Positions 49,151-62,955 of a stretch of DNA of 64,000 nt are shown in pieces (within the stretch, counting starts at the first letter, position 1; each line of letters begins with the position of its first letter). Below the pieces are notes generated by a model. The model was not told the origin of the DNA. It made no database searches and saw nothing but the letters and a program-made list of their open reading frames with translations. Source of the DNA: Octopus sinensis (lineage: Eukaryota); assembly GCF_006345805.1 (NCBI RefSeq), contig NC_043012.1, positions 26,536,001 to 26,600,000 on the forward strand, given 5' to 3'. Position numbers and translations under genes: made by a program.

Positions 49151-49193
<43 letters not shown>

Positions 49194-49515
49194 TATATTA
49201 TATATATTGGTATAAACATATAGAATAGTATACATACTGAAAAGTCCGTTGTGAAATATTTGTGTGTGCGCGTGTGGTGTGTGGTTCCACTGTGTGTGAT
49301 CCCTCTCTTTCCTACTCTCTCTCCATTACTCTTTCACTCTATCACAGGCTCTATCTCTCTCTCGCACTCTTTTACAATCCCCTCACACATACACACACAA
49401 ATACACAAATACAGAATCATTATTAGATAACGCTTATCCACTTGTTAACTCATTATTTCTCCTTCCATTCTTATTACGAATTTGTGTCTAATTTTTGTAA
49501 TGCAAGGGTATATAT

Positions 49516-49565
<50 letters not shown>

Positions 49566-49592
49566 ATATATATATGATATATATATATATAC

Positions 49593-49623
<31 letters not shown>

Positions 49624-49829
49624 CCCATATATATGCATATAATCATATATATATATATGCTTATATATACATGTAAAAATACTTATATATATACACACAC
49701 ATATATATGCATATGTATATATATATATGTATATAAGTATATACACATATATATACATATATGCACACATACACATATATATGTATATACATACAATTTG
49801 ATATGTAATATATTATATAATATATACAT

Positions 49830-49867
<38 letters not shown>

Positions 49868-49920
49868 TTATATATATATACATATATTTATTGTCTATAT
49901 AATATAAAATATATATATGT
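48930..49920. repeat. TA/CA low-complexity tracts
   Basis: Source of the many YI-repeat ORFs. Confidence 0.9.
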
Positions 49921-50619
49921 ATATATTCTATATTTCCAGTTATTGATCTGTGTTACATTTAGAAGATCAATATAAAAAGTTGGCAAGATTTCTTCCTAGA
50001 CATTCATGCCGCCATATCTGTCATCCAATTGTTAACCCCCTAGTGACGCAATAATATATAATACGAGAAGAAGAAAGCAGCATTAATGATGATGAAGATA
50101 ATGAGAGGATGATATGACGATACTACTACGCTACTACTCTACTACTACTACTACTACTACTACTTACTACTTACTATTATACTATTAAAATAATAATAAT
50201 AATAATTAATAATAATAATAATAATAATCATAATAATAAATACGGAAACCGCCGTCGTCTTCGTGACTACTAACTACAACCACGAAACCTATTACATTTA
50301 TCATCCTGTAATTTCCACCACCATTCCAACCACCACCACCACCATTACCACCACCATCACTACCAGCACACCTACTGTATGTACAACCACTCTCAGCAGC
50401 AGCTCCAGCAATCAGTAGCACCACCACACCACCACCACCACCACCGTGTCTGCTATGACCACAATCACAACTGCCATCACTGCTACAACTACCACCACCA
50501 CCATGATCCCCAACCACCAGCCACCAACGCCACCGTGTATAATACCATTACTACCACGATGACCATCACTACGCCTTCTACGTAATTAAATAATTACATA
50601 ATTAAATGTATAAATTATC

Positions 50620-50945
50620 GAAACCAATGATTGTTTTATTATGGCACAAGGCCAGCAGATTTGAGGAGTGTGTGTGAGGTGGGGGTAGAATAACATCGAA
50701 CCCCACCCGGAAAAGAATAAAGGCAAAGTCATCCTCAGTAGAATTTCAACGCAGAACGTAAAGACGGACAAAATGCTGCTATCCGTTTCCTGGTTATCAC
50801 GTCACACAAGATTGTCAGTGGAAATTCCGCCGAAGTCGACTTTGCCTCTCATCCTTTCGCGGTCAATAAAATAAGAAGCAATTTGAGCCCTGGGTTCGAT
50901 GTAATCGACTGACCCCCGACACTGCTGACCTTGACCCAAAATTTT
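50620..50945. mobile_element. two diverged SINE family A pieces in opposite orientation
   Basis: Minus copy 50620-50790 and plus copy 50810-50945. Confidence 0.75.
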
Positions 50946-50949
50946 AAAC

Positions 50950-51138
50950 ACCATAACAATAATAATAATAATGATGTTGATGATGATAATGATGATGATG
51001 ATGATGATGATGATGATGGTGATGATAATGATGATAATAATAACGACGATGACGATGATGATGATGATGACGATGACAAAAATAATAATAATAGTAGCGG
51101 TAGTAGTAATAATAATGATAATAATAATCATAATAATC

Positions 51139-51189
<51 letters not shown>

Positions 51190-51218
51190 GTAATAATAAT
51201 AATAATAATAATATGATA

Positions 51219-51253
<35 letters not shown>

Positions 51254-51335
51254 GATGATGATGATGATGACGAAAATAATAATAATAATAATAGTAGCGT
51301 TAGTAGTAATAATAATGATAATAATAATAATAATA
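50950..51335. repeat. (AAT)/(GAT) compound microsatellite
   Basis: Direct reading of the sequence. Confidence 0.95.
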
Positions 51336-51339
51336 ATTC

Positions 51340-51520
51340 GGAGTTTGAACTCCGAATCATTAGCGGCGTTTCTACAAAAGTAATCTCAGTTGTTACAGGT
51401 CTCCTAGATATCGTCACCAACATACTTAACTTATTGAGATTGATGTAACTACAAGAGCTGCATTGATTCAGAAATCTGCTGTATTGGGAACAGTAAGGAT
51501 TGTAAGAAACGTCCTCGATA
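51340..51520 (+). pseudogene. old Dong/R4-like LINE C-terminal fragment
   Basis: TKVISVVTGLL...IQKSAVLGTVRIVRNVLDI parallels the C-terminus at 22600-22741; directly follows (AAT)n. Confidence 0.6.
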
Positions 51521-53054
51521 TCTCAAGAAACTACTTGTGGTCTAAATTTGGGGACATTCATTCCTAATACGAGACCCCAGTACTAGACAGATTCCACTGA
51601 GCGGACACAGACATATGTACAAAAACTAAGTAGCGCAAATTCCAGGTGTTCCCACTCTACCTTTGTTTAATAAATACCACAGATGAAGCACGGATAAACA
51701 ACGAAAATACATTCATATAAAAATACAAGCCGAGACTCAAAAAACTTCATCAGAGTACATACACAAATAATTATTCATTCACAAAATTATTCTGCCACTG
51801 AACATGAGGAATCTACACAGGTAACAACCTAAATTGTAACCATTGGACTACATACAAACGACTCGTATCCACTGTCCTACTTGGCAGATTAAATTTAGAG
51901 TGTCTTAACGGTAACTAAACATCTTCACTCGATCCCAAGATATACTGTCATGTGACGCTATAACACACGGACGAAGCGGGAAACGTACAAACGGCTCTAA
52001 ACTTAATCACGTGAATATTTTCTACAACACTTGACAAAAAACATTGTAAAGTACTGTCACTAGACATCATTCAACCGTGCCAGCCTTAACTTACTACGCC
52101 AAACATTGCCACGATATTAACACATGACGTTGCCGGCAACCTACAAAACTTCCTAAGACAAGTCATCTGACTTTCCGCAATCATTCGAGTCCTATCCAAA
52201 ACATATACTAATTTGAGCTATGTACTCCCTATAAAAATAGGACAAGCTTCAAACACTAGCAAGCCATTTGCGGCATAGTTCACGTCTTTGTATATCAGCT
52301 TTTGAAAGCTAGTGTAAACTGTGAAACCGGTTAAATATTTAAATAAAATTAAAATATTTTTACTATTCTCAGTGCATTTTCAACTTTTACTTTTGCAAAA
52401 TTTCTACTCGTGTGAAATAAAATAACTTATATGTGTATGTGTGTGTGTGTGTATAACATACAACAAAAACGCAATAGGTCAGTAAAATAAGGATGGGTCA
52501 ATTGTGGCCTTCTTTTGTCAGGGAATTTTCCAGATTATCCTTACAGTTTCGGGCAGTTACACTTGAGGGTGTTGGAATCTGGTTGCCCCCAAAAAGTCTA
52601 AGCTAAGAGCATTAGATTTTTGTAAGAGAGCAAGCGATTGCGTACGAAAACAATGACAAAAGAAGGGAGAACATTTTACACAATTACAAATACAAACACA
52701 ACACGCACGCACGCACGCGCACACACATATATAGAGCGAGGGAGAGGGGAAGAGAGAAAGATAGAGCAAAAGAGCGAGAAAGACTGATTGATTAATTGAT
52801 TGGTAGACAAACAGGATGGTAGATGAATAGCCAGGCAGACATACATTCAGGTAGATATATAGATAGATAAATGGATAGAGAAACAGATATATATACAGAA
52901 AGATAGATCGGTGTAATTTTTGGCATGAATGCAAAGAATGTAAATTGTCGACTCATAAGTATATAAATGAATGTAAATTACAAATCAGATTTTAATAAAA
53001 GTGTCTCATTTATTACGGGAAGCAGCTTACAAAAGTCTACATGTAATATATGTA

Positions 53055-53110
<56 letters not shown>

Positions 53111-53115
<5 letters not shown>

Positions 53116-53278
53116 TTTAAATCACAGGGTTTTGATTAAAATTACATGCTTAGGTACCAGTAGTTGCCTGAAATCCAGCCCTCCCTATTGCAGGAAGAGG
53201 AGAAACGAAAGGGAAACTCGGCAGATTTGAAATAGTGCATAAGGGGGAAGATAAAGTCAAGGAGATAAGAACATAACC

Positions 53279-53369
<91 letters not shown>

Positions 53370-53766
53370 GATCTATCATTATGGCTGCTTTTCTACCTGT
53401 CACTGTATCTCTCTGTCTATCTATTTATGTAAACGTGTGTGTGTACATATATATATATGTGTGTACATATATAACGGCGGTGCATCAGCATGGCCGCAGC
53501 TCTGAGCCGAAATAGAAAAAAATATCTATATCATTATGGCTGCTTTTCTACCTGTCTCTGCGTCACTGTATCTCTCTGTCTATCTATTTATGTAAACGTG
53601 TGTGTGTACATATATATATGTGTGTGTACATATATAACGCTGATGCACCGCCGTTATATATGTACACACACATATATATATGTACACACACACGTTTACA
53701 TAAATAGATAGACAGAGAGATACAGTGACGCAGAGACAGGTAGAAAAGCAGCCATAATGATAGATC

Positions 53767-53800
<34 letters not shown>

Positions 53801-53982
53801 AGATGATAGATGGTTATGTTCTTTTCTCCTTGACTTTATCTTCTCCCTTATGCGCTATTTCAAATCTGCCGAGTTTCCCTTTCGTTTCTCCTCTTCCCTG
53901 CAATAGGGGTGGGGACTGGATTTCAGGCAACTACTGGTACCTAAGCATGAATTTTAATCAAAACCCTGTGATTTAAAGTATA
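53111..53982. repeat. 870-bp complex fold-back (inverted duplication with an internal tandem duplication)
   Basis: 53639-53982 is the reverse complement of about 53111-53490; 53365-53480 is repeated at 53528-53639; TA runs on both flanks. Confidence 0.95.
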
Positions 53983-54016
53983 TATTATATATATATGTAT
54001 AATATATATATATATA

Positions 54017-54074
<58 letters not shown>

Positions 54075-54236
54075 TATACATATATTACATGTATATATGT
54101 ATATATATGTATATATGTACATAAATATATTCATGTATTATGTATTGTAAGTACGTTTCTCTATCTATCCATGTAGCTGTCTAACATTTACCTATCTGTC
54201 TATATGTCTAGCTATCTCTCTGTCTGTGTAAAAATA

Positions 54237-54267
<31 letters not shown>

Positions 54268-54334
54268 ATATATATTATATATATATATATAGTATATATA
54301 TATATGTGTATATTATATATATATATAATGTATA

Positions 54335-54373
<39 letters not shown>

Positions 54374-54944
54374 GTGTGGTGTGTGTGTATACATATACCT
54401 ATATATGTGATTATGTATATATATATATATATCTATGAATCTATCTGTCTATCGATCTATCTACCTACCTACCTCTATGTATGTAAGTATGTATGTATGT
54501 ATGTATGTTTGTATATGTGATTTTGCCATTCCAGGGTCAGATTTTGGATAACAGAATAATAACAGATATGACAACTTGATCGTCTAGGAAGAAGTCTTGC
54601 CAAGTTGTGTATCGATGATTATAATCTATCACAGATCAATAATACGCTTATTTATATATGCCTACATGCTCTCGCCCTGCACATACACATACACACACAC
54701 GCATACAGAGGCATATATATGCCCATACATACATATATATTCACACTCACTATGTATTACTAGAGTATATAATCTGCAAAAGTTGGATATACGTGCGCAG
54801 GAAAAGAACTTATCAAACATCTATTCCATAATTCCCTCGGTAAGCGGAACTGTGAAAATATGGAAGACTTTTCTAAAATTTAATTTTTAAATGTTGCTAT
54901 TGAAATTCCAGTAACTGTATTTCTTTAATTAGCCCATTATTCAT

Positions 54945-55110
54945 CTACTTGCTTCAGGCATTGGATTGTGGCCATGTTGGGGCACTCCTTTGACGGTCTT
55001 TGTTGAACAAATCGATCGCAATACTTATTTCTTTCCATTTGTTTTATCGAACTAATAGGTACGAGGACATAAACAAACAGATTGTCGGTTAGTGTAGGAA
55101 GAAACGCAAA
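54945..55110 (-). mobile_element. SINE family B, tail fragment
   Basis: GGATTGTGGCCATGTTGGGGCAC...AACAAATCGA. Confidence 0.75.
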
Positions 55111-55656
55111 GAAACACTCACACACACGTACGCACGCAAGCACACACACTGTCTCACACACATGCATGCGCACACATACATATGGCCAACCTTGACCTTT
55201 CTTTCTTGGTTCGAATACCAACCGTGCAACATCTATATTCCTCCCCATGCCTGTCATTTCCCATGTCCCTGCCGTAAGGCTTCACTTCCACACACGCCAG
55301 CTTAATCCAATTCGTCCTTAGTCGAAAGACACCAGTTGTTAATGTCCTGTTATTTGCATTTGTATTTGTGTAACACTGCTCCGTTTTTTTCCGTCCTTGT
55401 TTTCGTATACATTCGCTGCTTTCTTCCAAAGAATCTAATGCTCTTAGCTTAGTTTTTCCTTGGGGCTGGCCAGATTGGAGCAATCTCGAGTATAAGCAAC
55501 CGAAATTGCAAAGATAATCTAGAACTCGACTGAGGAAAGAAAACTAAATGACCAGTCCTTGTTTCTTCTTGTATCGTCTGTCTGGATGTTTTGTTGTCCC
55601 TTTTTGTATAATCTTACTGTTTGGATGTTTTGCGTTCTTGTCCCATTTTTTGTATT

Positions 55657-55696
<40 letters not shown>

Positions 55697-55700
<4 letters not shown>

Positions 55701-55924
55701 TACTACCCACAAGGGGCTAAACATAGAGGGGACAAACAAGGACAGACAAAGGAATTAAGTCGATTACATCGACCCCAGTGCGAAACTGGTACTTAATTTA
55801 TCGACCCCGAAAGGATGAAAGGCAAAGTCGACCTCGGCGGAATTTGAACTCAGAGCGTAACGGCAGACGAAATACGTCTACGCATTTCGCCCGGTGTGCT
55901 AACGTGTCTGCCAGCTCGCCGCCT
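55697..55924 (-). mobile_element. SINE family A monomer, young
   Basis: Near-consensus head and core. Confidence 0.93.
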
Positions 55925-56801
55925 TTTGTATATATATATATATATATATATATATGCAAGTATGCATGTATGTATGTATGTAGGTATGTATGTATACGAC
56001 GGGCTTCTATACAATTTCTCTACCAAATTCACTGACAAGGCACTGGATGGTCCGGCGCGATGGCAGACTATACTAATCCAAGCTACCGTGTAGTGGGATT
56101 GAAACCTAAATCATGTGTATGCGAAGAGACCTTATTAAGCGCTCAAACATATCTGCACAAAGTTATAAACCAGGCTATAAAAAAGGATTAAGAAAGACAC
56201 ACACACACGTTCACATATCCACAAACATACACTTATGCATATATGTCGTGGCACATTTTTGAAAAATCATGTCGTCCATTTTTGTTTGTGTCTCACAAAT
56301 ATTTTCCAGTACGCCCACTGTGGGTATATAGTTTTTCTTTTAAATGGTTTATTCTGCGGAAAATAGGCCCGGTGATAGAAACAAAATTTCGACTATGCTA
56401 ACATGGATATTTGTTGTTTTGTTTGTGAAAAATTGATAGTTGAGACAACTGAACGACGCGCTCATCGTTGTCCACGTCTGCTGCCGTTTTCGACGTATAT
56501 GTGACGAATTTGTCGGTGATCTAATGAACGATTGTTATTGAATTAGCTTGAGAAATTGCTGAATAACTCGTGTTCCACAGAAAAATAGCTGAGTAATTCG
56601 TATACACTTAATGTAATTTTCTGACGTTTAATCTGCGTGTCAAGAGTATGACAAGGCTATAACTTTGAATTATGGGCATGGTCCGTCTATTCAATGAATT
56701 TTTACGCAGTTTCCATCAATCTAAACAACATCACACATAATCTCGTACCAACCGGTGGCTGTGATGAAAACTGTAAAACGAATTCATAACCATCGTTTCT
56801 T

Positions 56802-56896
<95 letters not shown>

Positions 56897-57759
56897 GTAT
56901 GTATGTATGTACGTCTGTCTGTCTGGTTGTCTGTTTGTCTTCATATGCGTATATATGTGCGTGTGAGAGTGTGTTTGTGTAAAGGTATGTGGGTGTGAAA
57001 GAGAGAGATAGTGAAAAAGAGAGCGAAAGGAAGAGAGAGAGAGAGAGAGAGTTTGTGTGTGTGTGTGTGTGTGTGTTTGCATTTGCATATATACTAACAT
57101 ACCATAGGTATTAGTAGAAATGATCTCATATGTATAAAGACAAAAATGTATAAAACCAAAAAAAATATTAATTGAGCAAATGACCCGGCAAAAAGATAGA
57201 ATCAAATATTTATTATAAGAAGGATGCTGCTTTAATTACTTTGAAAGAACTATAGATATAAAGAAAAAACAAAAATAATACATTTTATTTATCCCTTTCA
57301 CAACCGAGTTTTGTTTCTTTTGGTAGGACTAAATATAATGAGGTGTAATTTGATATTTAATTAAAGAATGAAAGACGATTTTGTATAAAAAAATGGCGGA
57401 TAATTTTGTTATTTTGTTTAATTTTCCACGTAACTCTACCAAATATTGAAAATAAATTTATAAGCTTGAAGACTGTATCTGCGACTGAGAATAGCCAATT
57501 AATTTTACAATTAATGCGATTTCTAAATTTATTTTTCGTTGCCATTTATCTTACGAAAACTGCTGCCGATAATTCTAAAGGAAATTATTTATGTCTCGTA
57601 GACATAATCGTAGAAGCATGGCCTATCTCTTGTCATTTAATACATACCAATATCACAATTAAATTACTTCGTTATCACGAAAAGATAGTATTGAAGTTTT
57701 AAATAATATATAATTATTATTTTACATCGAGATTTAGTAATAATATACTTTCTACTATA

Positions 57760-58155
57760 GCCACCAGGTTTGAAATTTTCGGCAAGGGAAAAACTGGTAC
57801 TTATTTTATCGACCCTGGAAGAATGAAAAGCAAAATTGATTTCAGCCATACTTGAAATTCGAATGTAAAGTGTTGGAAGAAATACCGATAAATATTTTCC
57901 TGACGCGCAAACGAGTCTGCCCTTCGCCACGTTTAGTAATAAATCTTTCTAATAGAAACACAAGAGCTGAAATTTTGGGGAAGGTGCCAAGTCGATTATA
58001 CCGATACCACTGTTCAACTGGTACTTACTTTATCGGGCCTGACAGCATAAAAGCCAAGATCGACCTCGCTGGTGGTTGAACTTAGAACCTAAGGAGTCAG
58101 TAGAAACGCCGCTAAGCGTTCTCCGGATGCGCTAAGGATTCTGTTAGCTCTCTAC
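57760..58155 (-). mobile_element. two old SINE family A copies
   Basis: ACTGGTACTTATTTTATCGACC and ACTGGTACTTACTTTATCGGGCC cores. Confidence 0.75.
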
Positions 58156-58257
58156 CTTTATCTATAATATAATATAAAAAATGTCTGGGTTTATTATTTA
58201 GTAGGCCTAAGTTTATATGCCTGCTCTGTATTTACATATCAGCTATTTGCCATTTTG

Positions 58258-58567
58258 TGGAGGCGCAATGGCCCAGTGGTTAGGGCAGCGGACCAAGGTC
58301 GGAGGATCGCGGTTTCGATTCCCAGACCGGGCGTTGTGTGTGTTTATTGAGCGAAAACACTTAAAGCTCCACGAAGCTCCGGCAGGGAGTGGTGGCGAAC
58401 CCTGTTGTACTCTTTCGCCCCAACTTTCTCTCACTCTTTCTTCCTGTTTCTTGGGTAACTCTGCGATGGACTGGTGTCCTGTTCAGCTGGGGGGAACACG
58501 TACGCCACAGAAACCGGAAAACCGGGCTCATGAGCCTGGCTAGGCTTGCAAAGGGCGCATAAAAAAA
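58258..58567 (+). mobile_element. SINE with the 31603-type head and a different tail, 14-bp TSD
   Basis: TSD TATTTGCCATT(T/A)TG at 58244-58257 and 58568-58581; tail CTGCGATGGACTGGTGTCCTGTTCAG...(A)7. Confidence 0.9.
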
Positions 58568-58599
58568 TATTTGCCATTATGCGGTAGATTTACTGATTT

Positions 58600-59560
58600 A
58601 CAGTAAATCTTTTTCTAATCTCTTTACTTACATGAAACTGTCATATTTAGATAATTTCCTGAGAAACGGTTAAGCTATTTAATTAAGATAAGCTACATTT
58701 TAAGTCAAATTGCGGTTGTAGTTGGTTCGGTTTTGTGTTTATTAAATCTGGAAACTCTTTTCAGCATTCATACAAATATGGTATGGGAATCAACTCGAAA
58801 AATCCTTCCTAACATTCGACCAAAATGTATCTATAGTTCTCGACAGAATTGACATTTTTATTGAAGTTACAACTGTCACATCATTTTAAACTTTCAATAA
58901 ACGGTTCTTGAAATTCATTAATGCTAGAAAGCCTGCCATGCTAAATCGTTAACATCAGTACTAAATGAAGTTTGTGCCTTGTCATATCTCTCAGGATCTT
59001 CTATTGGAATAAACTGATTGAAGCCTTCGCTCAATATTGCGAGATACCTAAAGATAATATCCTGTCATTGAAATTATTTCTGCAATCTTTCAGATGATTG
59101 AATACGGGTAAAAGATGTAGATTTTCATTGCTCCACCTTCATTCTATAGATATATTTGAGCTTATTCTTAAGCGCATTTATTTTCTCCATTAAGTCAATA
59201 ATTGTTTGATCACAACCTTGTAGAGAGATACTTAAGTAATTCAATCCGAACAAAATATCGAAAAGATAAGCTAATTGAAGAAACCACAAGAATCTATTAA
59301 TCTTGAACAGCAGAATATTTCTTTTTTTCATATAAAGCGATTTCTACTTGACTTCTTAATAACATAAAATCGCTGCAAAGCTGAAGAGCAGAAGAACTTT
59401 TCCGCAAAATGAGATAACCATCCCATCACTAAGTAATATAGTAAATGCTCATAGTGAGATCCGACTGGATAACAAAATCCATGAATGGTTTGTTACTGGG
59501 AGGTTTTTAATAGAAAGATTTATAATTTGAACAATGCTATTCACCATTATAGCCAACTCC
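58600..59560 (-). pseudogene. hAT (Charlie/ZBED5-like) transposase relic
   Basis: FLQLAYLFDILFGLNYLSISLQGCDQTIIDLMEKINALKNKL matches the hAT LAYL.DI...LN.L..SLQG motif; decayed GKVL and FW...LYECEKSF dimerisation-domain pieces flank it. Confidence 0.8.
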
Positions 59561-59693
59561 AATGATATCCTGCTTGAAAGAACAAAAGTTTCTCACGTTT
59601 AAAAAAAATAACAAAAACATCGAAAAGCAGAACAAAAAACTAAAAATGAGGAAGACAGGGAGATAACTTTAATTTGCAGACTCATTTCTCTCG

Positions 59694-60098
59694 TAGGCGC
59701 AGGGGTGGCTGTGTGGGAAGTAGCTTGCTTACCAACCACATGGTTCCGGGTTCAGTCCGACTGCATGGCACATTAGGCAAGTGTCTTCTACTATAGCCTC
59801 GGGCCGATCGAAGCCTTGTGAGTGGATTTGGTAAACGGAACCTGAAAGAAGCCCGTCGTATATATGTATACATATATATATGTATATGTTTGTATGTCTG
59901 TGTTTGTCCTCCCAACATCGCTTGACAACCGATGCTGGTGTGTTTACGCTCCTGTAACTTAGCGGTTCGGCAAAACGGAGCGATAGAATAAATATTAGGC
60001 TTACAAAGAATAAGTCCTGGGGTCTATTTGCTCGACTAAAGGCGGTGCTCCAGCATGGCCGCAGTGAAACTACTGAATCAAGTAAAAGACTAAAAGAG
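59694..60098 (+). mobile_element. SINE family B, full length
   Basis: TAGGCGCAGGGGTGGCTGTGTGG...GGGTTCAGTCC head, TTAGGCAAGTGTCTT centre, TA/TG repeat, tail GGCGGTGCTCCAGCATGGCCGCAG. Confidence 0.93.
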
Positions 60099-60669
60099 TT
60101 ATATTTTCGAAAAATCTTTGGAGTGTTCCGAGTATTAATGGTGCCCCGTTGGATTATATACTGAAACAATAACACCAGATTAATGCCACGTTCGTAACAA
60201 GAAGCGTCTACCATTTTATGTTGTTGAATTAGAAAACGGTTTGCAGACTAAAATGTTTTCTTCTAAGACGTTTTCCGGAATGGTGTCGCACATAAACCAT
60301 AATTACGGCATCTTTACTTCTACCCATCAATTTACCTGTCTGAATATTAAACACCACGTGTGTTTTTAATGTTGAAATCAGTCCTTTAAGATCTTAAGAA
60401 ATAGCTGTAGTACAGCTTGGGATTGGATTGTTTGACATTGCAATATCATGTTACTTCTTGGAAGCATACTTTGACCACGTTCTACAATCCTTAGAAATAA
60501 CTGCTTATTTCACAAGATCCTCTGAATTACATAGGAATTTCAGGGATTTGCCTATCCCCCAAGAAATATAGTATGGCGCCGATGTAGCTTATTTATTGCA
60601 TAGAAAATATAGTACAACTGTTTAAAGCACTCATTTGCTTCCTTCAAATATTAATTGGCTTTAAGGCAC

Positions 60670-62190
60670 CGTGCAGGCAGAATCGTTAGCACGCCGGACA
60701 CAATGTTTAACGGCATTTTTTAAGTTCTGAGTCTAAATTCTTTTGAGGATGACTTTGCCTTTCATTATGTTGGAGTCGACAAAATAAGTACCAGTTGTGC
60801 ACTGGGGTCAATGTAATCGACTTACTTCCTCCTCCGAAATTGCTGGTCTCATGCCAAAATGTAAAACCAATATTAATATGCCTTCTTTTAATTTTATCTT
60901 GTCTGAGGCAGCGAGCTGGCAGAATTGGTAGCGCGTCGAAAATAATGCCCCACAGTATTTCTTTCGACTCTAAGTTCGAATTCCGCTAAGGTCAACTTCA
61001 GTTTTCATTGTTCCGCGGTCGATAAAATACGTACCAGCTAGATACTGTGGTCAGTGTAATCGACTTGTTCCCTTCTCTGAAAATTGTTGGCCTTGGACCA
61101 ACATTAAACATGATTATTTTGTTTTTTTCATACAAAATCTTTTGAATTTCTCCCTCAAAAGCCTTCTGTTTCAGGAATTCGTCATTTAACACTTTACAAC
61201 AAACAACATACGTGGTGTATGTAATCATCCACTGCATAATAATGCATGCAAAGCCACCATTATAAAACTTCGCCTCAACATTTCGTCATGAAATACAGCA
61301 ATTAACAGTAATATATAATTAGAGACAAATTAACTTTCTAAGAGCGAATATACGCTAATAATATAGTTGCTATAAAAAGAATAAGGTTGCTCCTTTCGGC
61401 ACTAATTGGATTTCAACTTTAATATTAGTAATGTCCCCAAGGTATTGAGCTGGCTGAATCGTTAAGACATCGGGGTGGAAATGTTTAGCGGCAATACGTC
61501 GATTTTTTCGGTTATGGGTTCAAAATCCGCTGAGATCGTTTTTGCCTTTCATCCTTTTGGAGTCGATGAAATAAGTACCAGTTGAAAAATGGGAGTTGAT
61601 GAAATCCACTTAGCACCCTCCCACAGATTTGCTGACTTTTATTTATAAAATAAATATTAATTGAGAAATAGGTGGTGGGGTCGATGAAATCGACATACCC
61701 ACCGTCTCATGATTGCTGGCCTTGTGCCAAAATTTGAAAGCGATATTAGTAATAAGTAGTAAGGCGACGAGCAAGCAGAATCGTTAGCACGCCGGACAAA
61801 ATGCTTAGCGGTGTTTCGTCCGTCTTCACATTCTGAGATAAAGTTCAGCCGAGGTCGCCTTTGCCTTTCATCACATTTGGGGTCGATAAAATAAGTACCA
61901 GTTGAGTACTAGGGTCGATGTAACCGGCTGGCTCCTTACCCTGAATTTGCTGGCGATGGGCCAAAATTTGAAGTCTAAGGCAGTGAGATGGCAAATCGTT
62001 ACATGCTTGCAGCCTGTCGTCCGTCTTTACATTCTGAGTTAAAATTCCGCTGAGATCGCTTTTGCCTTGCATGCCATTCGGGATCAATAAAATAAGTACC
62101 AGTTGAGTACTGGGGTCTATGTAATCGATTTACACCACCCACTCCGAAATTGCTGGCCTTGTGCCAAAATTTGAAACCAATATCAGTAAA
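60670..62190 (+). mobile_element. array of about six old SINE family A copies with a GCTGGCCTTGTGCCAAAATTTGAA tail
   Basis: Cores at about 60760, 61010, 61550, 61860 and 62070 plus a tail-only piece at about 61680, all plus strand. Confidence 0.85.
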
Positions 62191-62210
62191 GAGACTTCAC
62201 CAGAATTGAC

Positions 62211-62640
62211 GTGTGGTAAGTAGCTTGCTTATCAACCACATGGTTCTGGGTTCAGTCCCACTGCGTGGAAGCTTGGGCAAGTGTCTTGTACTATAGCCTC
62301 GAGCAAATCGACCCCAGGATTTGTTCTTTGTAAGCCTAGTACTTATTCTATTGGTCTCTTATGCTGAACCACTAAGTTACGCGGACTTAAACACACCAGC
62401 ATCGGTTGTCAAGCGATGTTGGGGGGCACAAACACAGACACACAAACATACACATACATATACATATACATATATACGACGGACTTCTTTCAGTTTCCGT
62501 CTACCAAATCCGCTCACATGACTTTGGTCGGTCCGAGGCTATAGTAGAAGACACTTGCCCAAGGTGCCACACAATGGGACTGGACCCGAAACCATGTGGT
62601 TGGTAAGCAAGCTACTTACTACACAGCCACTCCTACGCCT
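62211..62640. mobile_element. inverted fusion of two SINE family B parts
   Basis: Plus-strand head 62211-62304 fused at (T)CGAGC to a minus-strand copy spanning 62300-62640. Confidence 0.9.
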
Positions 62641-62955
62641 AAAAATTTATATTAATGCCAAACAAAGGTCTTATAATCAAAACACACACACATACACACA
62701 CACACACAAACACAAATAGATATACCTGTTTGTATATATAGATATGTAACTATATAAAGGGTCATTTGTCGGAAGGGATGGATATCGCTTACATGTACAC
62801 ACACACATACACACTCACACACATACCTACAGGCGCTCACGCATACACACATATATGGACGTACGCGCATATGTATAACATTTCGTTTTCTACAATATAA
62901 TGACCACTTCACACTGGCTATTCTCCTTTGGCCGCCCAACGGACCCGCAGCTTAT

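Noticed and set aside
55500-55560. Hammerhead at CTGAGGA...GTCCTTG
   Set aside because: Stem II and GAAA are missing; at most a decayed Penelope-type terminus
57406-57702. 98-aa ORF and AAAATGGCGG start-like motif
   Set aside because: AT-rich hydrophobic ORF with no recognisable motif; the ATGGCG frame closes after 18 codons
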